From Octopus bimaculoides (taxonomy: Eukaryota): DNA of 63,459 nucleotides. Within the stretch, counting starts at the first letter, position 1. The number at the start of each line of letters is the position of its first letter. The notes beneath the pieces were generated by a model. It did no database searches and had not been told where the DNA came from. It saw only the letters and a program-made list of their open reading frames with translations. This document shows, one piece after another, positions 12,409-25,751 of this stretch. The translations under genes and the position numbers were made by a program. The stretch covers positions 81,080,219 through 81,143,677 of the forward strand of contig NC_068988.1 of NCBI RefSeq assembly GCF_001194135.2. The letters are read 5' to 3'.

Positions 12409-13643
12409 TACAGGGTGCAGATGGTATTCGTTTGCATGATGACTGTATCAGGAAAAAATTAAACAGTACTTTTATTTTTTGAGATATATTCTTCAAATTT
12501 GGGTCAGTTTGTCTTGATGACATGTTCTATCAATCTCATTCAATGAACCTGCCTTTGGCCCCAATGACAGACTCCAGGTAATCACAGAGCTTGTCACAGA
12601 TCTTCATTACTATCTCCTGAAGACCCTGGTAATCCTGGCCCTCAGCTTATCCTTCATGTTGCAGCTGGATTTGTTGGTCTCTTGTTCCAACACACCCCAC
12701 ACAAAGAAGTTGAGGGGCTGCAGTCAGATGAGTTGAGAGGCTAAATGTCAGGTGCTGTGTGACTGAAAAACTTCTTCAACAGAGAGGCCTGGGTCTTCTG
12801 GCTTGTGTGACAGGGTGAAGATTATTGCTGTCACATGTATGGCCTCCCTGCAGCTATTGAATTGATCCAAGGCTTCACCACCCATTCAAAACACAGATGT
12901 AGCTGTCAGTGTTCAGCCTAAGGTTCTCAGGGAAGAAGTGATATGGCATGATGTCACCTTCACTGCTGGCAACAACGAAGACTATGATTGTAACAGGAAA
13001 TTTTGTCTTTGAGTGAGACAGAGAGCCACTGTTTTTCTCAAAGTTGATCTGGTCTTGGCAGAAATTCTTCTTGTTAGAGAAGAACCACATGTCTAGCTCC
13101 ATCAGGTGTTGATCAGCTTCTTGGTGTGCTTGAGTTACTTTTCTTGCATTACCATGGACAGAAATTATCCCACCGTCATCTTGTAGGAAAAGTAGTGAAT
13201 GTCCTCATACACCACTAACCTGATGAGCCTTTCCATCCACACCTTTCTCATATGCATTGGCATTCTGAGATCATTGTTGATGATCTCTTGAATTTCAGTG
13301 TTCTGATAGTGTCAGATATCAATCATGGGTTTTCAACTCTGTTGTTGCCTTGTAGTCAAATCCTGAATCTTCCAGTTCCTTTTCTACCATTCTTCAGCTG
13401 ATGTTGAAAAAGTCTGATATCTCCTTGTTTGTTCTTCTGGCATGGATTCCAAAGAGGACTCTCTTCCTCTTCCATGAACTGAGGTGGGGTTCAAAATTTT
13501 CCATAGTTAATTCTTAAAAAAAAAAAAAAAAAAAAGGTAAAAATGGTTATTGTTTTTAAGAAGAAAAAGACTGACAATGAAAGTAAAAACATGCGTAAAA
13601 TTAGCAGTTAAAAATTGCAGACAACTATCATCCGCACCCTGTA
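12409..13643 (-). mobile_element. maT (DD37D-type) Tc1/mariner transposon, full length but decayed
   Basis: TIRs TA-CAGGGTGCAGATG / CATCCGCACCCTG-TA. Relics WFFSNKKNFCQDQ, KFPVTIIVFVVASSEGDIMPYHFFPENLRLN and GRPYM*QQ*SSPCHTS, with stops and frameshifts. The subfamily call rests on remembered motif similarity. Confidence 0.85.
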
Positions 13644-14032
13644 ATTTTTCAATTAATCTACTTTGTGTGAGACCTATAATCCAGTACCACCACCAGTAAT
13701 CATGGTAAGTTGAGATACCAGTGGATTAGCTGAGTACTACTTAAAGACTTTGTCAAGTGTATCTAGTACAGTAGGGTTCACACATTTTAAAGCTATATTT
13801 TTGGGAAACATAGAAACCAGCAGTATAAGATTATGAAGTCAGCAAATAAATTGATATTTGCCATGTTAAGTTGAATTAGTTGCTATTAATTACTGCTGGG
13901 GGCGGGGAGCTTGGGTCATAGACACTGTACACATAATTTCTCAGTCTTTTCAGTAGAGAAACAAAATATCTACATGGCAACATGTCATTCTGACCTCACT
14001 CTCACGTGCAAGCACACACACACACACGCACG

Positions 14033-14069
<37 letters not shown>

Positions 14070-14974
14070 CTATTTATATAATTATTCAGCTTGAAAATTT
14101 CAGAAACATATATACTCACGTTATAGTTTACACTAACAAAAGAATAACATTGCATTATGTATAATAAACTCAGCTTGTTACATGTTGTTGAAAGTTTCAT
14201 TTCAAAGATTTGAATACAAAACTGGTTTGTAAAATACTGAGAAATAAATTCCATAGGTATAGGGGAGAGTGAGGGAAGGAAAGAGAAAATGATGGGAGAA
14301 GAGGAATGGAAGAGAAAGAGAGGGAGGGAGAAATTACTTGAGTATTTGTAAACATAAATCAAATTTTCACAAACACAAACTAATATAAAATTCGCTGCAT
14401 ACACTTTGAGGTCAGATATTTATGCAAGAGAGAAAGCGGCGTTATGATGCTGTGATATTCATGACTCTTACAAGAGCATTAGAAATAAGAGTGAAGTAGT
14501 TTCAACACAGAATTGAAAGGAGTTTCTGGATTTTTTTTACTATAGATTTAGTAACACATTGTATTTGCCCCAAACAAAACAAAATATTATGGCTAGTTAA
14601 ACAATGTTAACTTGGTATATGGCTAATTAAATATTCTTGACTTGGTGCATGGTCAAAATATTTGTAAATCAGCAGCATCTCTGGTCCCAAGTACTTTAGA
14701 TTAAGAATTATCAGCTGTGTGTGAATTTACATATCAATCAATCAAGCAAGCAATCTAAGAGAGTGTGACAAACAGAAGAGAGATTCACTGCTAACCTTAG
14801 TCACATCAATAGCATAGTACAATGAGACTGAGAAGAAGAGTGAATGACTGAAAGGCAAACAGTATGAGTGTGGAAGCAAGAGAGATAAAGACATGAGGGA
14901 AACAGACATCGGTGACAGGTGTGGGCTAACAGGTGAGTCATAAGGGTGTGAAATGGAGAGGTGAATAATAATAA

Positions 14975-16207
14975 TAAGGAGAATAGCCTGGGCAAAGTTC
15001 AGAGAGCTCTTACCTCTGCTGGTGACAAAGGGCCTCTCGTCAGAGTAAAAGGCAGACTGTATGACGCATGTGTACGAACAGCCATGTTACATGGCAGTGA
15101 AACATGGGCCGTGACTGCTGAGGACATGCGTAAGCTCACAAGAAATGAAGCCAGTATGCTCCGATGGATGTGTAATGTCAGTGTGCATACTTGACAGAGT
15201 GAAAGTACCTTGAGAGAAAAGTTGGACCTAAGAAGCATCAGTTGTGGTGTGCAAGAGAGACAATTGCGCTGATATGGTCATGTGGCAAGAGTGGATGAGG
15301 ANNNNNNNNNNNNNNNNNNNNNNNNNNNNNNNNNNNNNNNNNNNNNNNNNNNNNNNNNNNNNNNNNNNNNNNNNNNNNNNNNNNNNNNNNNNNNNNNNNN
15401 NNNNNNNNNNNNNNNNNNNNNNNNNNNNNNNNNNNNNNNNNNNNNNNNNNNNNNNNNNNNNNNNNNNNNNNNNNNNNNNNNNNNNNNNNNNNNNNNNNNN
15501 NNNNNNNNNNNNNNNNNGAGAAAACCCAGCAAGCCCAGTGAGACCATAATCCGTGGCCTTTACCAGGGGTGTAGCCAGCCCACTTATGTGTACCTTTCCT
15601 TCTTTGGACAGTAAACTGTGCTTGTGAAGACCTGTTGAGGCAAGTGAAATTGAAATCGAACCAAATTTGATGACTGACACCCATGCCAACCTCTCCTTCA
15701 TTGGACACTAAACTCTGCTTGCGAAGACCTGTTGGGGCAAGTGAGATCGAAATCGTAATTGAACTAAATTCGATGACTGGCACCTGTGCCAATGGAGCGC
15801 TAACAGCACCATCCAAGCGTGATCATTGCCAGAGCAGCTGTCTGGCTTCCGTGCCAGTGGCACGTAAATAGCACCATTTGAGCGTGATCGTTTCCAGTGT
15901 CACCTTACTGGCACAGGAAAAAACATTCGAGTGAGGTCGTTGCCAGTGCTGCTCGACTGGTTTCTGTGCAGGTGGCATGTAAAAAACACCATTTTGAACG
16001 TGGCCATTGCCAGTACCGCCTGACTGGCCCTTGTGCTGGTGGCACGTAAAAGCACCCACTACACTCTCGGAGTGGTTGGCGTTAGGAAGGGCATCCAGCT
16101 GTAGAAACTCTGCTAGATCAGATTGGAGACTGGTGTAGCCATCTGGTTCACCAGTCTTCAGTCAAATCGTCCAACCCATGCTAGCATGGAAAGCGGACGT
16201 TAAACAA

Positions 16208-16240
<33 letters not shown>

Positions 16241-16262
16241 GTAACAACAACAACAACAATAA
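14975..16262 (+). mobile_element. 5'-truncated RTE-clade LINE (ORF2 C-terminus, 3' UTR, (ATA)n tail), gap inside
   Basis: RVKGRLYDACVRTAMLHGSETWAVTAEDMRKL..E.SMLRWMC and LR*YGHVAR are the RTE post-RT region. The 3' end GCATGGAAAGCGGACGTTAAA is followed by a simple-repeat tail. Confidence 0.9.
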
Positions 16263-16477
16263 TGTAAGAGATATGAGAGACTATTAAAGAGGTCAATGAT
16301 AATATATACATGCAGGTGTAGATGTGGCTGTTTAGGTAAAAAGCTTGCTTCCCAACCATTTGGTCTCAAATTCAGTTAGATTGCACAGCACATTGGGCAA
16401 GTGATGTCTACTGTAGCCTCAGGCTGACCAAAACTTTGTGAGTGGATTTTGTTGACAATAACTGAAAGAAGCAGCCT

Positions 16478-16800
16478 TTCATCATTATCATTTAACATCC
16501 ATTTTCTATGCTGGCATGGGTGGGACAGTTTTACAAGAGCTGGCAAGACTGGGAGCTGTACCAGGCTCTATTGTCTGTTTTGACATGGTTTCTACAGCTG
16601 GATGCCCTTCCTAATGCCAACCACTTTACAGAATGTACTGGGTACTTTTTTTTCATGGCACCAATACCAATGCTTTTTATGTGTCACTAGCACCAACAGG
16701 GTAACCAAATAACTTGCAGGACAAAAAAGGCAAAACCCTTCAACTGGCAGGAGTAATATCGAAGTAGGTGGCTTTGTGCCATTTGAGAAATTAAAAGATG
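16478..16800 (-). mobile_element. RTE-type 3' tail fragment
   Basis: Reverse complement of the TGGCGTTAGGAAGGGCATCCAGCTGTAGAAAC...GCATGGAAA..GGA.GTTAAA tail seen at 16075-16205. Confidence 0.8.
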
Positions 16801-17259
16801 GTAAAGATGAGTTGGGACATGCTCTCAAAGGGCTTTGAGTGTGGTGAGAATAGGTGAAACAATACAGAAGTGTGGACTGGGAAAGTGGACAGGATAGAGG
16901 TGACTAGCAAACAGTGAAGAGAAATATAGAAGATGCTCAGAGGTAGGGGTTGGAGTAGATTTGTGAGGGCATTGAAAGTGATAACATATAAGTGAGGTGT
17001 AAATGATGTGGAACAGCTCAAGGGATAGAAGGTGCAAGAAGGGGTGACTGGTGGAGACAATAGGTGGGAGAAGATAATGGGTGAAGAAGAAAGGTAACTG
17101 AGAAAGTTGGGATATGAAGTATGTACCTATTCTGCACTCAGGTGATAGAGAAATGATGGGTGGGGAAGAAAGGTTGATGGAACAGAAAGGATAGGGAGGA
17201 GGTGGCACAGAGCCCTTCACAGATTGTCATAGTGGTTTTAGGATATCAATTCTGTTGCA

Positions 17260-17515
17260 ATGGGTGGGTCTTCTGGAGTATAGCAAGGTGCCAGATATCT
17301 CAGTCCCTTATCTTCTTTGTAAGGCTCAGCATCTTGAGATTGGCCTTTAATACATCATTCCATGTCTTTTGGGGTTTCCCTCTTCCACAAGTTCCAACTA
17401 TTTTAAGTGATCTGCACTTGTTTTTGCATCTGTCCTCATCCATACATATCACATGACCAAACCAGCACAGCCTTCTCTCTTGCGCATTGTATCTAATTCC
17501 TCTTATGCTTAACAA
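17260..17515 (-). mobile_element. RTE LINE ORF2 C-terminal fragment
   Basis: QERRLCWFGHVICMDEDRCKNKCRSLKIVGTCGRGKPQKTWNDV matches the RTE RxxWxGHVxR / RxxGRPxKTW motifs. Confidence 0.85.
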
Positions 17516-17743
17516 AATGGAACACACACACTCAAGGTGTGTGTGTTGTTAGCTTGAGGGTCAGCTGCATTTTGGGCATAAGAGAATATATTCTCAATGT
17601 GCCTGATGTGAAAAACACCTGGAAGTAAGTCATAAGCAAATGAAACAATTCACATCAGGTCCTTTTCCAGAGTGACAGGCATCGATGTTTCATCATTGAT
17701 GAGACCTTTCAATGCCGCATACCAAAAAATGCCTGCTGTAAGC

Positions 17744-18087
17744 TGTATCACAGACTATGACTAAATGCTAAATAGTTTAGAAACCACCTGTTGGCATGTT
17801 CCAACGTTCCATGTCACAGAAAATATTCAGATATGAATTAGAAACAGCTCAAGGTATATAAACAAAATCAAATACCAGGTGCATTGAGAATATGTTCCCT
17901 TACACCTAATATGCAGACGACTCATGAACAAACAACACACACACCTTGTGTACGTGTGTTCAATTTTGTTTATATACCTCGAGCTGCTTCTAATCCATAT
18001 TTGAATATTTTCTGCGGCATGGAATGTTGGAACATACCAGCAGATGGTTTCTAAACCATTTAGCATATAGTCGTAGTCTGCGATGCA
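17744..18087. mobile_element. Fold-back/MITE with ~130-bp inverted arms
   Basis: 17744-17875 is the reverse complement of 17956-18087, with mostly CpG-type transitions; 80-bp spacer. Confidence 0.85.
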
Positions 18088-18537
18088 TTAAAACATGCCA
18101 GGTGCCGAGTGATGAGAAGTTAGAATGTGACAGAGGGACAGAAACAGGTCTCATTGTAGAAGAGACACATGGTTACCCTAGTTAGAAGGAGAGAGTAAGA
18201 AAGAGACAGAAAGAGAGAGAGAGAGAAGGGAGGAAGAGAGCGAGAAAAAGCATGGGTGAGGGAGAGCAAGTGAGAGATGGTGGCAATGTTCCAGAGCATA
18301 CTCTCAAAGTACAGGGATGAGAATGTAAATGATTAGAGCAGTGCCAAGGGGTCGTGAGTGGGGAGTTTACATGCATGCAAAGAGGGTGGGAGAGAATGTA
18401 GTGACTGTTGAAACTTGGGTATACAGAGCAGGGGACAACAGGATAGTACTGATACAGTGAGCAAGGCAGTGAGAGCTGCAGGAGTGGGTAGGGAGAGATA
18501 AGCATAAGCGTAGTGCATGAAAAAGAGGAAATGTGAA

Positions 18538-19870
18538 GAAGAGATGTAGTTTTGTTTATTGTGGTAGGGCATGCAGAAAATTTTAGCATTACATGTGAGT
18601 GGAACATGCAGCACTTCAAGAACCTACTGGGGTGAGCAGGTCTTCTCAAGAACCTCATATCACCAAACATCTCAGTCCATTGTCATCTCATCAGTGAGGT
18701 CCAACATCACTACTTCATCCCATGTTTTCCTCTTCCACAGGTGCCATCCACTTGCAGTAATCAGCACTTCTTTATACTACTGTCTTCATTCATACACATC
18801 ACATGTCCAAACCAACATAGTTTTCTCTCTTGCATTCTGCATCTGATTCCTCTTATGCTCAACTTCTCTCTCAACCCATTTGCACTTCATCGTACATGCA
18901 CCCCAATGTTGCATATCCATCAAAGCACACTAGCTTCACTCTTCTCTTGTCTATGCATTTCTTCTCCAATTCTGCTACAGATTTTGCAATAAGAATGAGG
19001 TCATCAGCACACAGTAGTTCCCACAGGCAGCCAGTTTCGAGTTCCACTGTATTCATGCCAACTCCATCCTACTAACAGTACTGCTGTACATGGCTTGTAC
19101 AGCTGTAACAAGTCACTCATCTACTCTTCACTTCCTTAGAGACCACCTGATAATAGAACAAGTGACTCTGTCAAATGCTTTCTCCTGGTCAATGAAAGCC
19201 AAGTACAATGGTTTATTCTTTGCCGGATACTTCTGCAGCTGTCTGCCTAGGAAGAAGGCATCTGTGGTTCTCTTCTCATGTGATGTGTATGAATGAAGAC
19301 AGTAGTATAAAGAAGTGCTGATTACTGCAAGTGGATGGCACCTGTGGAAGAGGAAAACATGGGATGAAGTAGTGATGTTGAACCTCACTGATGAGATGAC
19401 AGTGGACTGAGATGTTTGGTGATATGAGGTTCTTGAGAAGACCTGCTTACCCCAGTAAGTTCTTGAAGTGCTGCATGTTCCACTCACATGTAATGTTAAA
19501 ATTTTCTGCATGCCCTACCACAATAAACCAAACTACATCTCTTCTCAGGAACAAAACCAAATTGCATCCCATCTAATTTAATTCTCTTAATTAATTGAGC
19601 TATAACCCTTTCTGTAACTTTCATGACCTGGTCTACCACTTTGATACCCTTGTAGTTGTTTCTATCTAAGGTATCGCCTTTACCCTTGTAGTAACTAATA
19701 CTACCACAGCAGTTATTGGGGATGATGTCTACCTGGATAACCTGATTAACTATACAAGTGACTAGGCTGTATCCTACGCTGCCAAATATTTTAAGCATCT
19801 CAGTACTGATTCCTGATGATCCAGGGACTTTCCTTGTCTTCATATCCTTAATTGTCTTATCTATCTATGA
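18538..19870 (-). mobile_element. Decayed RTE LINE ORF2 with an inverted copy of its own 3' end inserted (19279-19537)
   Basis: In order on the minus strand: KVPGSSGISTEMLK..YKGKGD.LDRNNYKGIK..QFGFVPEKR, then the insert, then TTDAFF..RQLQ..YLAFIDQEKAFDRV, WELLCADD, and HVM..TWDEVV. Confidence 0.9.
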
Positions 19871-20352
19871 TACTAATTACACTAAAATTAAGTAATTAGT
19901 TATCCATTTGCTTATCAAACTTTAGTCATAGAACACTATTAGATATGAAAATAACATAATAAAAATATAAAGCATAAAATGAAAAAAAAGAAAATAAATA
20001 AAGTCAATAAATAAAAGAAGAAATAAATAAATGTGGAAGGAAAAGTTAAAAAGAAGGTCAAGAGTGTTTACAATCAAATTATAAAAAAAAAAACGTGACT
20101 TCAGGTAACATGGCTTTTACTATAGTTGCGGATCACTGGGTACACATACACTAAAAGAATAAATATGAAGGGGGTAAAATTTCCCACAAGACTGGTTTTG
20201 AAGTATGAAACGCTCGTACACACACACACTCTTACACATTTATCCATACACACTCATGCATATGCATCATATGTATGCATCCTCAAAAATTCACATACAC
20301 ACGCACTTACATAACAACGAGCACTGTTTAATTCTTTCAAACCCTATTCCGG

Positions 20353-20395
<43 letters not shown>

Positions 20396-20529
20396 CATAT
20401 ATATAAAGTATGATTGGGTTGGGTGAATGCACCTGCAATACTGGATACAATATACATACATGTATGTGGCATCAGGACCTGTGCTTTTAATGTGGCACCA
20501 TCATGAGTGCTTTTTATGTGTCACAAGCA

Positions 20530-22340
20530 CCAGTGCTTTTCGCATGGCTGCAGCACTGGTATTAATTTTGTTGTAGAAGACTTGCCTTCTTGAGTACAGG
20601 AAAGTGCCATATGTCTTAGTCCTTTGTCATCTCCTTCGTAAGACTCAGTGTTTTGAGAGCAACTTTCAGTACTTTGTCCCTTGTCTTCCTGGATCTTTCT
20701 CTTCCCCAAGTTCCATCTATTTTAAGTGACTGAAACTTCTGTATGAACTGTCTACACCCATATGTATCACATGACTAAACCAGTGCAGTCTTTTCTCTTG
20801 CACACTGCATCTAATTTTTCTTAGGCCTAACTTTTCTCTCAATACACTAGTGCTCTGTTGCTCATGTAAACTGACATTGCACATCCAGTGGAGCATACTA
20901 CCTTCACTCCCCTCTAGCCTCTACGTGTCTTCTGCATTCACATTCCATGTCTCACTACCACGTAGCATTGCTGTTCATATACATGAATCATACAATCTTC
21001 TTTTGACTCAGAGAGAGAGTGACACCTTTGGTTGTCAACAGAGGTAAAAGCTCTCTGAAGTTTCTCCATCCTATTCTTATTCTAGTGATTACACTTTCCA
21101 TGCATCTTCCCCCATGGCTAATCAGGTCCCCTAAGTAGCAGAAATTATTCACTACCTCCATAGAGCCTCTGGGTCATTTGAGAAAATCGATTTCCCAAGT
21201 ATCTATAGTTTTTTATGGCTCCTGTGAATCTTCTACATACAAACACTACATTCTCTGTTAACATTCCTATTATTCCACTGCACTTGTTGTGTGTCCATAG
21301 TTTGCACTGGGTACACTGTGTGGAATTCCTGCCTACAACTTTTCTACATTGTTAACTTAAACCTTAGAGTTTGCTAAGTAAACCTTTGATTCCAGGTTCT
21401 GCTTCTTTTCCACTTCTGTTACAGAATCTGCTATAAGAGCAAGATCATCAGCATACACCAGTTCCTAGGGACAGCCAGTCGTGAACTCCTCTTTAATGGC
21501 CTTGAGAATGATGATGAATAGGAGGAGACTGAAAACAGAACCCTAGTGAATACCTACCTGTACATTAAATTCATCACTAAACTCATGGTTAACTCTCACC
21601 TTACAGACAAAACATCTGTACATGGCTTGTATGGCTTTCACAAGCCACTTATCTACCCCTAGCTTCCTCAGAGCTCACCATATCACACAACAGGGTACTC
21701 TGTCAAAGGCTTTCTCTAAGTTAACAAATACCAAGTACAATGGTTTAATCTTGACCCAATAATTCTCCTGTAATTGTCTGACTATAAAGATAAACAACAG
21801 TGGTGTTTCTCCCTAGCATAAAGCCAAACTACATTTCATCTGATCTATTTCTGCTCTTAATTAACTGGGCTATAATTCTTTCTGTAACTTTCGTGACCTG
21901 GTCCAGCATATTGATGCCTCTGTAATTACCCTTGTAGCAACTGACTATAATGTTGCTACATTAGTCATTGGGCGTGACACCTTCCTGAATAACCTGATTA
22001 GCTATATGGGTGACAAGACCATATCCTACTCTGCCAGATATTTTAAGCATTTCAGAGATGACTCTTGATGGGCCAGGAGCTTTCCCTGTCTTTATATCCT
22101 TAATTGCTTTATCTATCATACTTTGAACATGAATAGCCATTCCCTCTGTTGGGTTCACAAAGGGGAGACTCCCTTTCTCCCATTCATTCTCCACATTTAA
22201 TAACCTTTCAAAGTAGCCCTTCCACACCTCTTTCTTTTTGAAGTCACTGATTGCAAACATACCATTATTCATACATAAACCCCTCTCTCCTACCACATCT
22301 CAATTCTCTCTGACTCACTGTCTAGCAATCCTGAACACCT
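20530..22340 (-). mobile_element. Decayed RTE LINE ORF2 (RT domain and C-terminus)
   Basis: KTGKAPGPSRVISEMLK (ORF 21961..22296), LEKAFDRVP, and catalytic ELVYADD (YADD at 21444-21455); many stops. Confidence 0.9.
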
Positions 22341-22360
22341 CAAGCCTTGTATATTTATGG

Positions 22361-22394
<34 letters not shown>

Positions 22395-22396
<2 letters not shown>

Positions 22397-22645
22397 ACAT
22401 GTCCCCTTCTCTTGTCATCATGTGATGGTTGTAAGCAAGTATTACTATCATACAAGCAATGTTGTTTGTTTCTACTATTCCACAAAAACATCTGTTCATA
22501 AGAAGATATTATCTTGCTTGGAAAGAAAGTGAGGGTTGGCAACAGAAAGGGTATCCAGCCATAGGATATCTGCCTCAACAAATTCTGTCTGATTTATGCA
22601 ATCATAGAAAAGTGGATGTTAAATGATGATGATGATGATGATGAC
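22395..22645 (+). mobile_element. Non-autonomous repeat with RTE-like (GAT)n tail; copies at 29845-30100 and 50830-51120
   Basis: Shared CTTGTC..GACATC..GTGAT.GTTGTAAA..AGT.TCAC and ..GTGGA..TTAAA.(TGA)n among three copies. Confidence 0.7.
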
Positions 22646-23406
22646 ATATTTCTACATAATACATGCATATATACATGCAAACAAAAAACCCTGTTGTTGA
22701 TGTTGAAATTCCAATGAAGGAGCCTTGAACCTAGGTTAGAAACCGGCTCTTTCTCTATTGGTAAGAAATCTTGAAATAAAACTGAACAATGACATACATA
22801 CATACATACATACATACATACATAGAGTCAACGGAAGAGATCCAGAGATTCCCAATATAGAAAACTTAGTAGTGCTCAAATGATTTGAACTTATGCTCTG
22901 AAACCTTTACCAAGGACAAAGTCCATGGGATAAAGCGTAACTATAAGAGGAATCTAGGTGAGCTGATATGGAGATAATGATGCAAATAAACAAATAAAAC
23001 TGCTTGGGTTTAATATACAATATATATATATATGTATACATGTAAATAGAGGGAAAGCAAAGACTGAAAAATTTCAGATGATGAATGTTCATGTATAAAT
23101 ATATAGATATTTATATGATGACAGAGCAAACTTACACAGAATATAAAGACACAGACGTATAAGGGAGAGGCATTTTTGCACTTTGTATAAGTAAGTATGC
23201 TTTGTTATCATATAAATATCTATATATTTATACTTGAATATTCATCATCTGAAAATTTCCAATCTTTGCTTTCTTTCTATTTACATGTATATATGTATTT
23301 ATATTTTGTATATCATACCCAAGCTGTTTTATTTATTTGCATCATTGTCCACACGCACGTACACATGCAAGCATGCATGCATGCACACAAGCACACAGAC
23401 ATGCAT

Positions 23407-23467
<61 letters not shown>

Positions 23468-24092
23468 CACACACACCAACCACATGCAATAGGAATAGAT
23501 TTTCATAGAATCAAACAGATCTCATGGCTGTATATGTGTGTGTGAATTTTTGAGGCTGCATATATATATATGATGTGCATGAATACACACATATGTATGT
23601 ATGTATGTATGTATGTATGTTTGTATGTATGTATGCATATATGTGGGTTCCATGCTTCAAAACCAGTCTAGTGGAAAATTTTACACCTCACCCATTATTG
23701 TTCTTTTAGAGCATGTGTACCCTGTAATCCAAAACTACAGCAAACGCCATGTTACCTGGAGTCACGTTTTTTATAATTTGTTTGTAAACACTCTTAACCT
23801 TCTTTTTAACTTTCCTTTCCATATTTCTTACTTATTATTGTATATTTTTTTTATTTATCTTTCATCTTTTACTTGTTTTAGTCACTAGACTGAGGCTATT
23901 CTGGGGTATAGGCTTGAAGAATTTTAGTCAAACAAATCAACCCCAGGGCTTATGTTTTTCAGGCCTGGTTACTTATTTTAACAGTCCCTTTTGCCGAACT
24001 ACAAAGTTATGGGACTTAAACAAACCAACACCAGTTATCAAGAAGTGGGGATGGGGGCAACAAACAGACAAAGACACATGTATGTGTGTATA

Positions 24093-25296
24093 TACAGGGT
24101 GTGTAAAGTATTTGAGGACATATATTTTTTGGGTAAAACTCTGTTTAATCTTTGTTTCAGAAAATAATAATGGCAGACCCTCAGCTTACTTAAGAAATGA
24201 AGAGACATGCTGTTATTGTGGCTATAAAGGCTGAGCATAGCAATTTAGAAATATCTCTATTTTTAAGTTGCCAGATCTTTTGTCTACAAAGTTTTTAAGG
24301 AGTTAGAGACTGAAGATGGAAATGTATCACCAGTATCGAAGCATAAAATGCATTCTAAACACTCTGGAACCATCAGAGCACCTAAATTTATCCAGCAAGT
24401 TTAACAGACCTTTGATTACGTTCTCAGAAAGACCATGAGTTGAATTGCAAAAGATCTCCATGTGTCAGAAGGAACAGTTAGAAATGTTGTCTGCAAAGAC
24501 ATCAGATATAAGGCTTATATAATGCAGAAAGGTCAATTCGTCAGAAAAGGCAAAAGAAAATCACTACATCAGATCTAAAAGGCTCTTAAACAAATGGAAA
24601 AATCCAGCAGAAGAAGATTTAATTCGGTTTTTCTCAAATGAGAAAAGCTTCAACCAAGATCAAAAAGTTAACAAAAATGACAGATGGTTATGTGCAGACC
24701 TTTCTGAAGTTCCAAGTGTTATGTATACAAAATTTCCTGCGGCTGCCATGGTTTTAGGGGTTGTCAGCAATGAAGGACATGTGATGCTTCCTTACTTCTT
24801 TCCACAAGGCAGAGTTAACCCTGCCACCTACATTGAGGTCCTGGAAATAATTGCTAAGCCCTGGATAGACAGTGTATGCAATGGAAGGCCATTTGTGTTT
24901 CAGTAAGGCTCTGTACTGTCACACATGACTCTAGTAACACAAGAATGAATGGCTGAAAATTTTCATGATCACATAACCCCTAACATTTGGACTCTTAATC
25001 TCAATCCGTTGGACTATTACATGTGGAGCATTGTTGAGGGAGAGGTCAATGAATATGCCCATAACATTACTCTGCTATAGTCAGAGTAATGTCCAAAATG
25101 AACCAGGACCACTTGATTCGAGCATATAGATGGTTTAGATCTCATATAGAAGCACTTGTTGAAGCTGAAGCTGGCTTTATTTAATAACATTATAGAAAAG
25201 AAGGCTTATTTTTATCCTCATAGAATTTTTTGTTAAATGAAGTTATTATCTGTTATTACATATCTGTTTTTTTCTAAGCATAAATCTGTCCTCAAA
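24093..25296 (+). mobile_element. maT (DD37D-type) Tc1/mariner transposon, decayed; right TIR runs into the gap
   Basis: Left end TA-CAGGGTGTG..TTTGAGGACA, with matching TGTCCTCAAA just before the gap. TKFPAAAMVLGVVSNEGHVMLPYFFPQG and LNPLDYYMWSIVE relics. Confidence 0.85.
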
Positions 25297-25718
25297 NNNN
25301 NNNNNNNNNNNNNNNNNNNNNNNNNNNNNNNNNNNNNNNNNNNNNNNNNNNNNNNNNNNNNNNNNNNNNNNNNNNNNNNNNNNNNNNNNNNNNNNNNNNN
25401 NNNNNNNNNNNNNNNNNNNNNNNNNNNNNNNNNNNNNNNNNNNNNNNNNNNNNNNNNNNNNNNNNNNNNNNNNNNNNNNNNNNNNNNNNNNNNNNNNNNN
25501 NNNNNNNNNNNNNNNNNNNNNNNNNNNNNNNNNNNNNNNNNNNNNNNNNNNNNNNNNNNNNNNNNNNNNNNNNNNNNNNNNNNNNNNNNNNNNNNNNNNN
25601 NNNNNNNNNNNNNNNNNNNNNNNNNNNNNNNNNNNNNNNNNNNNNNNNNNNNNNNNNNNNNNNNNNNNNNNNNNNNNNNNNNNNNNNNNNNNNNNNNNNN
25701 NNNNNNNNNNNNNNNNNN

Positions 25719-25751
<33 letters not shown>

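Noticed and set aside
18182-18846. 162-aa and 91-aa ORFs
   Set aside because: They are off-frame or antisense readings of an RTE 3' end and a purine-rich simple repeat.
22705-22765. CCAAT-GAAGGA-GCC..GGTTA-GAAA-CCGG..ATTGG hammerhead-like arrangement
   Set aside because: C3 of the core is missing, the U at the cleavage site is absent and stem II is weak; it cannot be supported from this copy.
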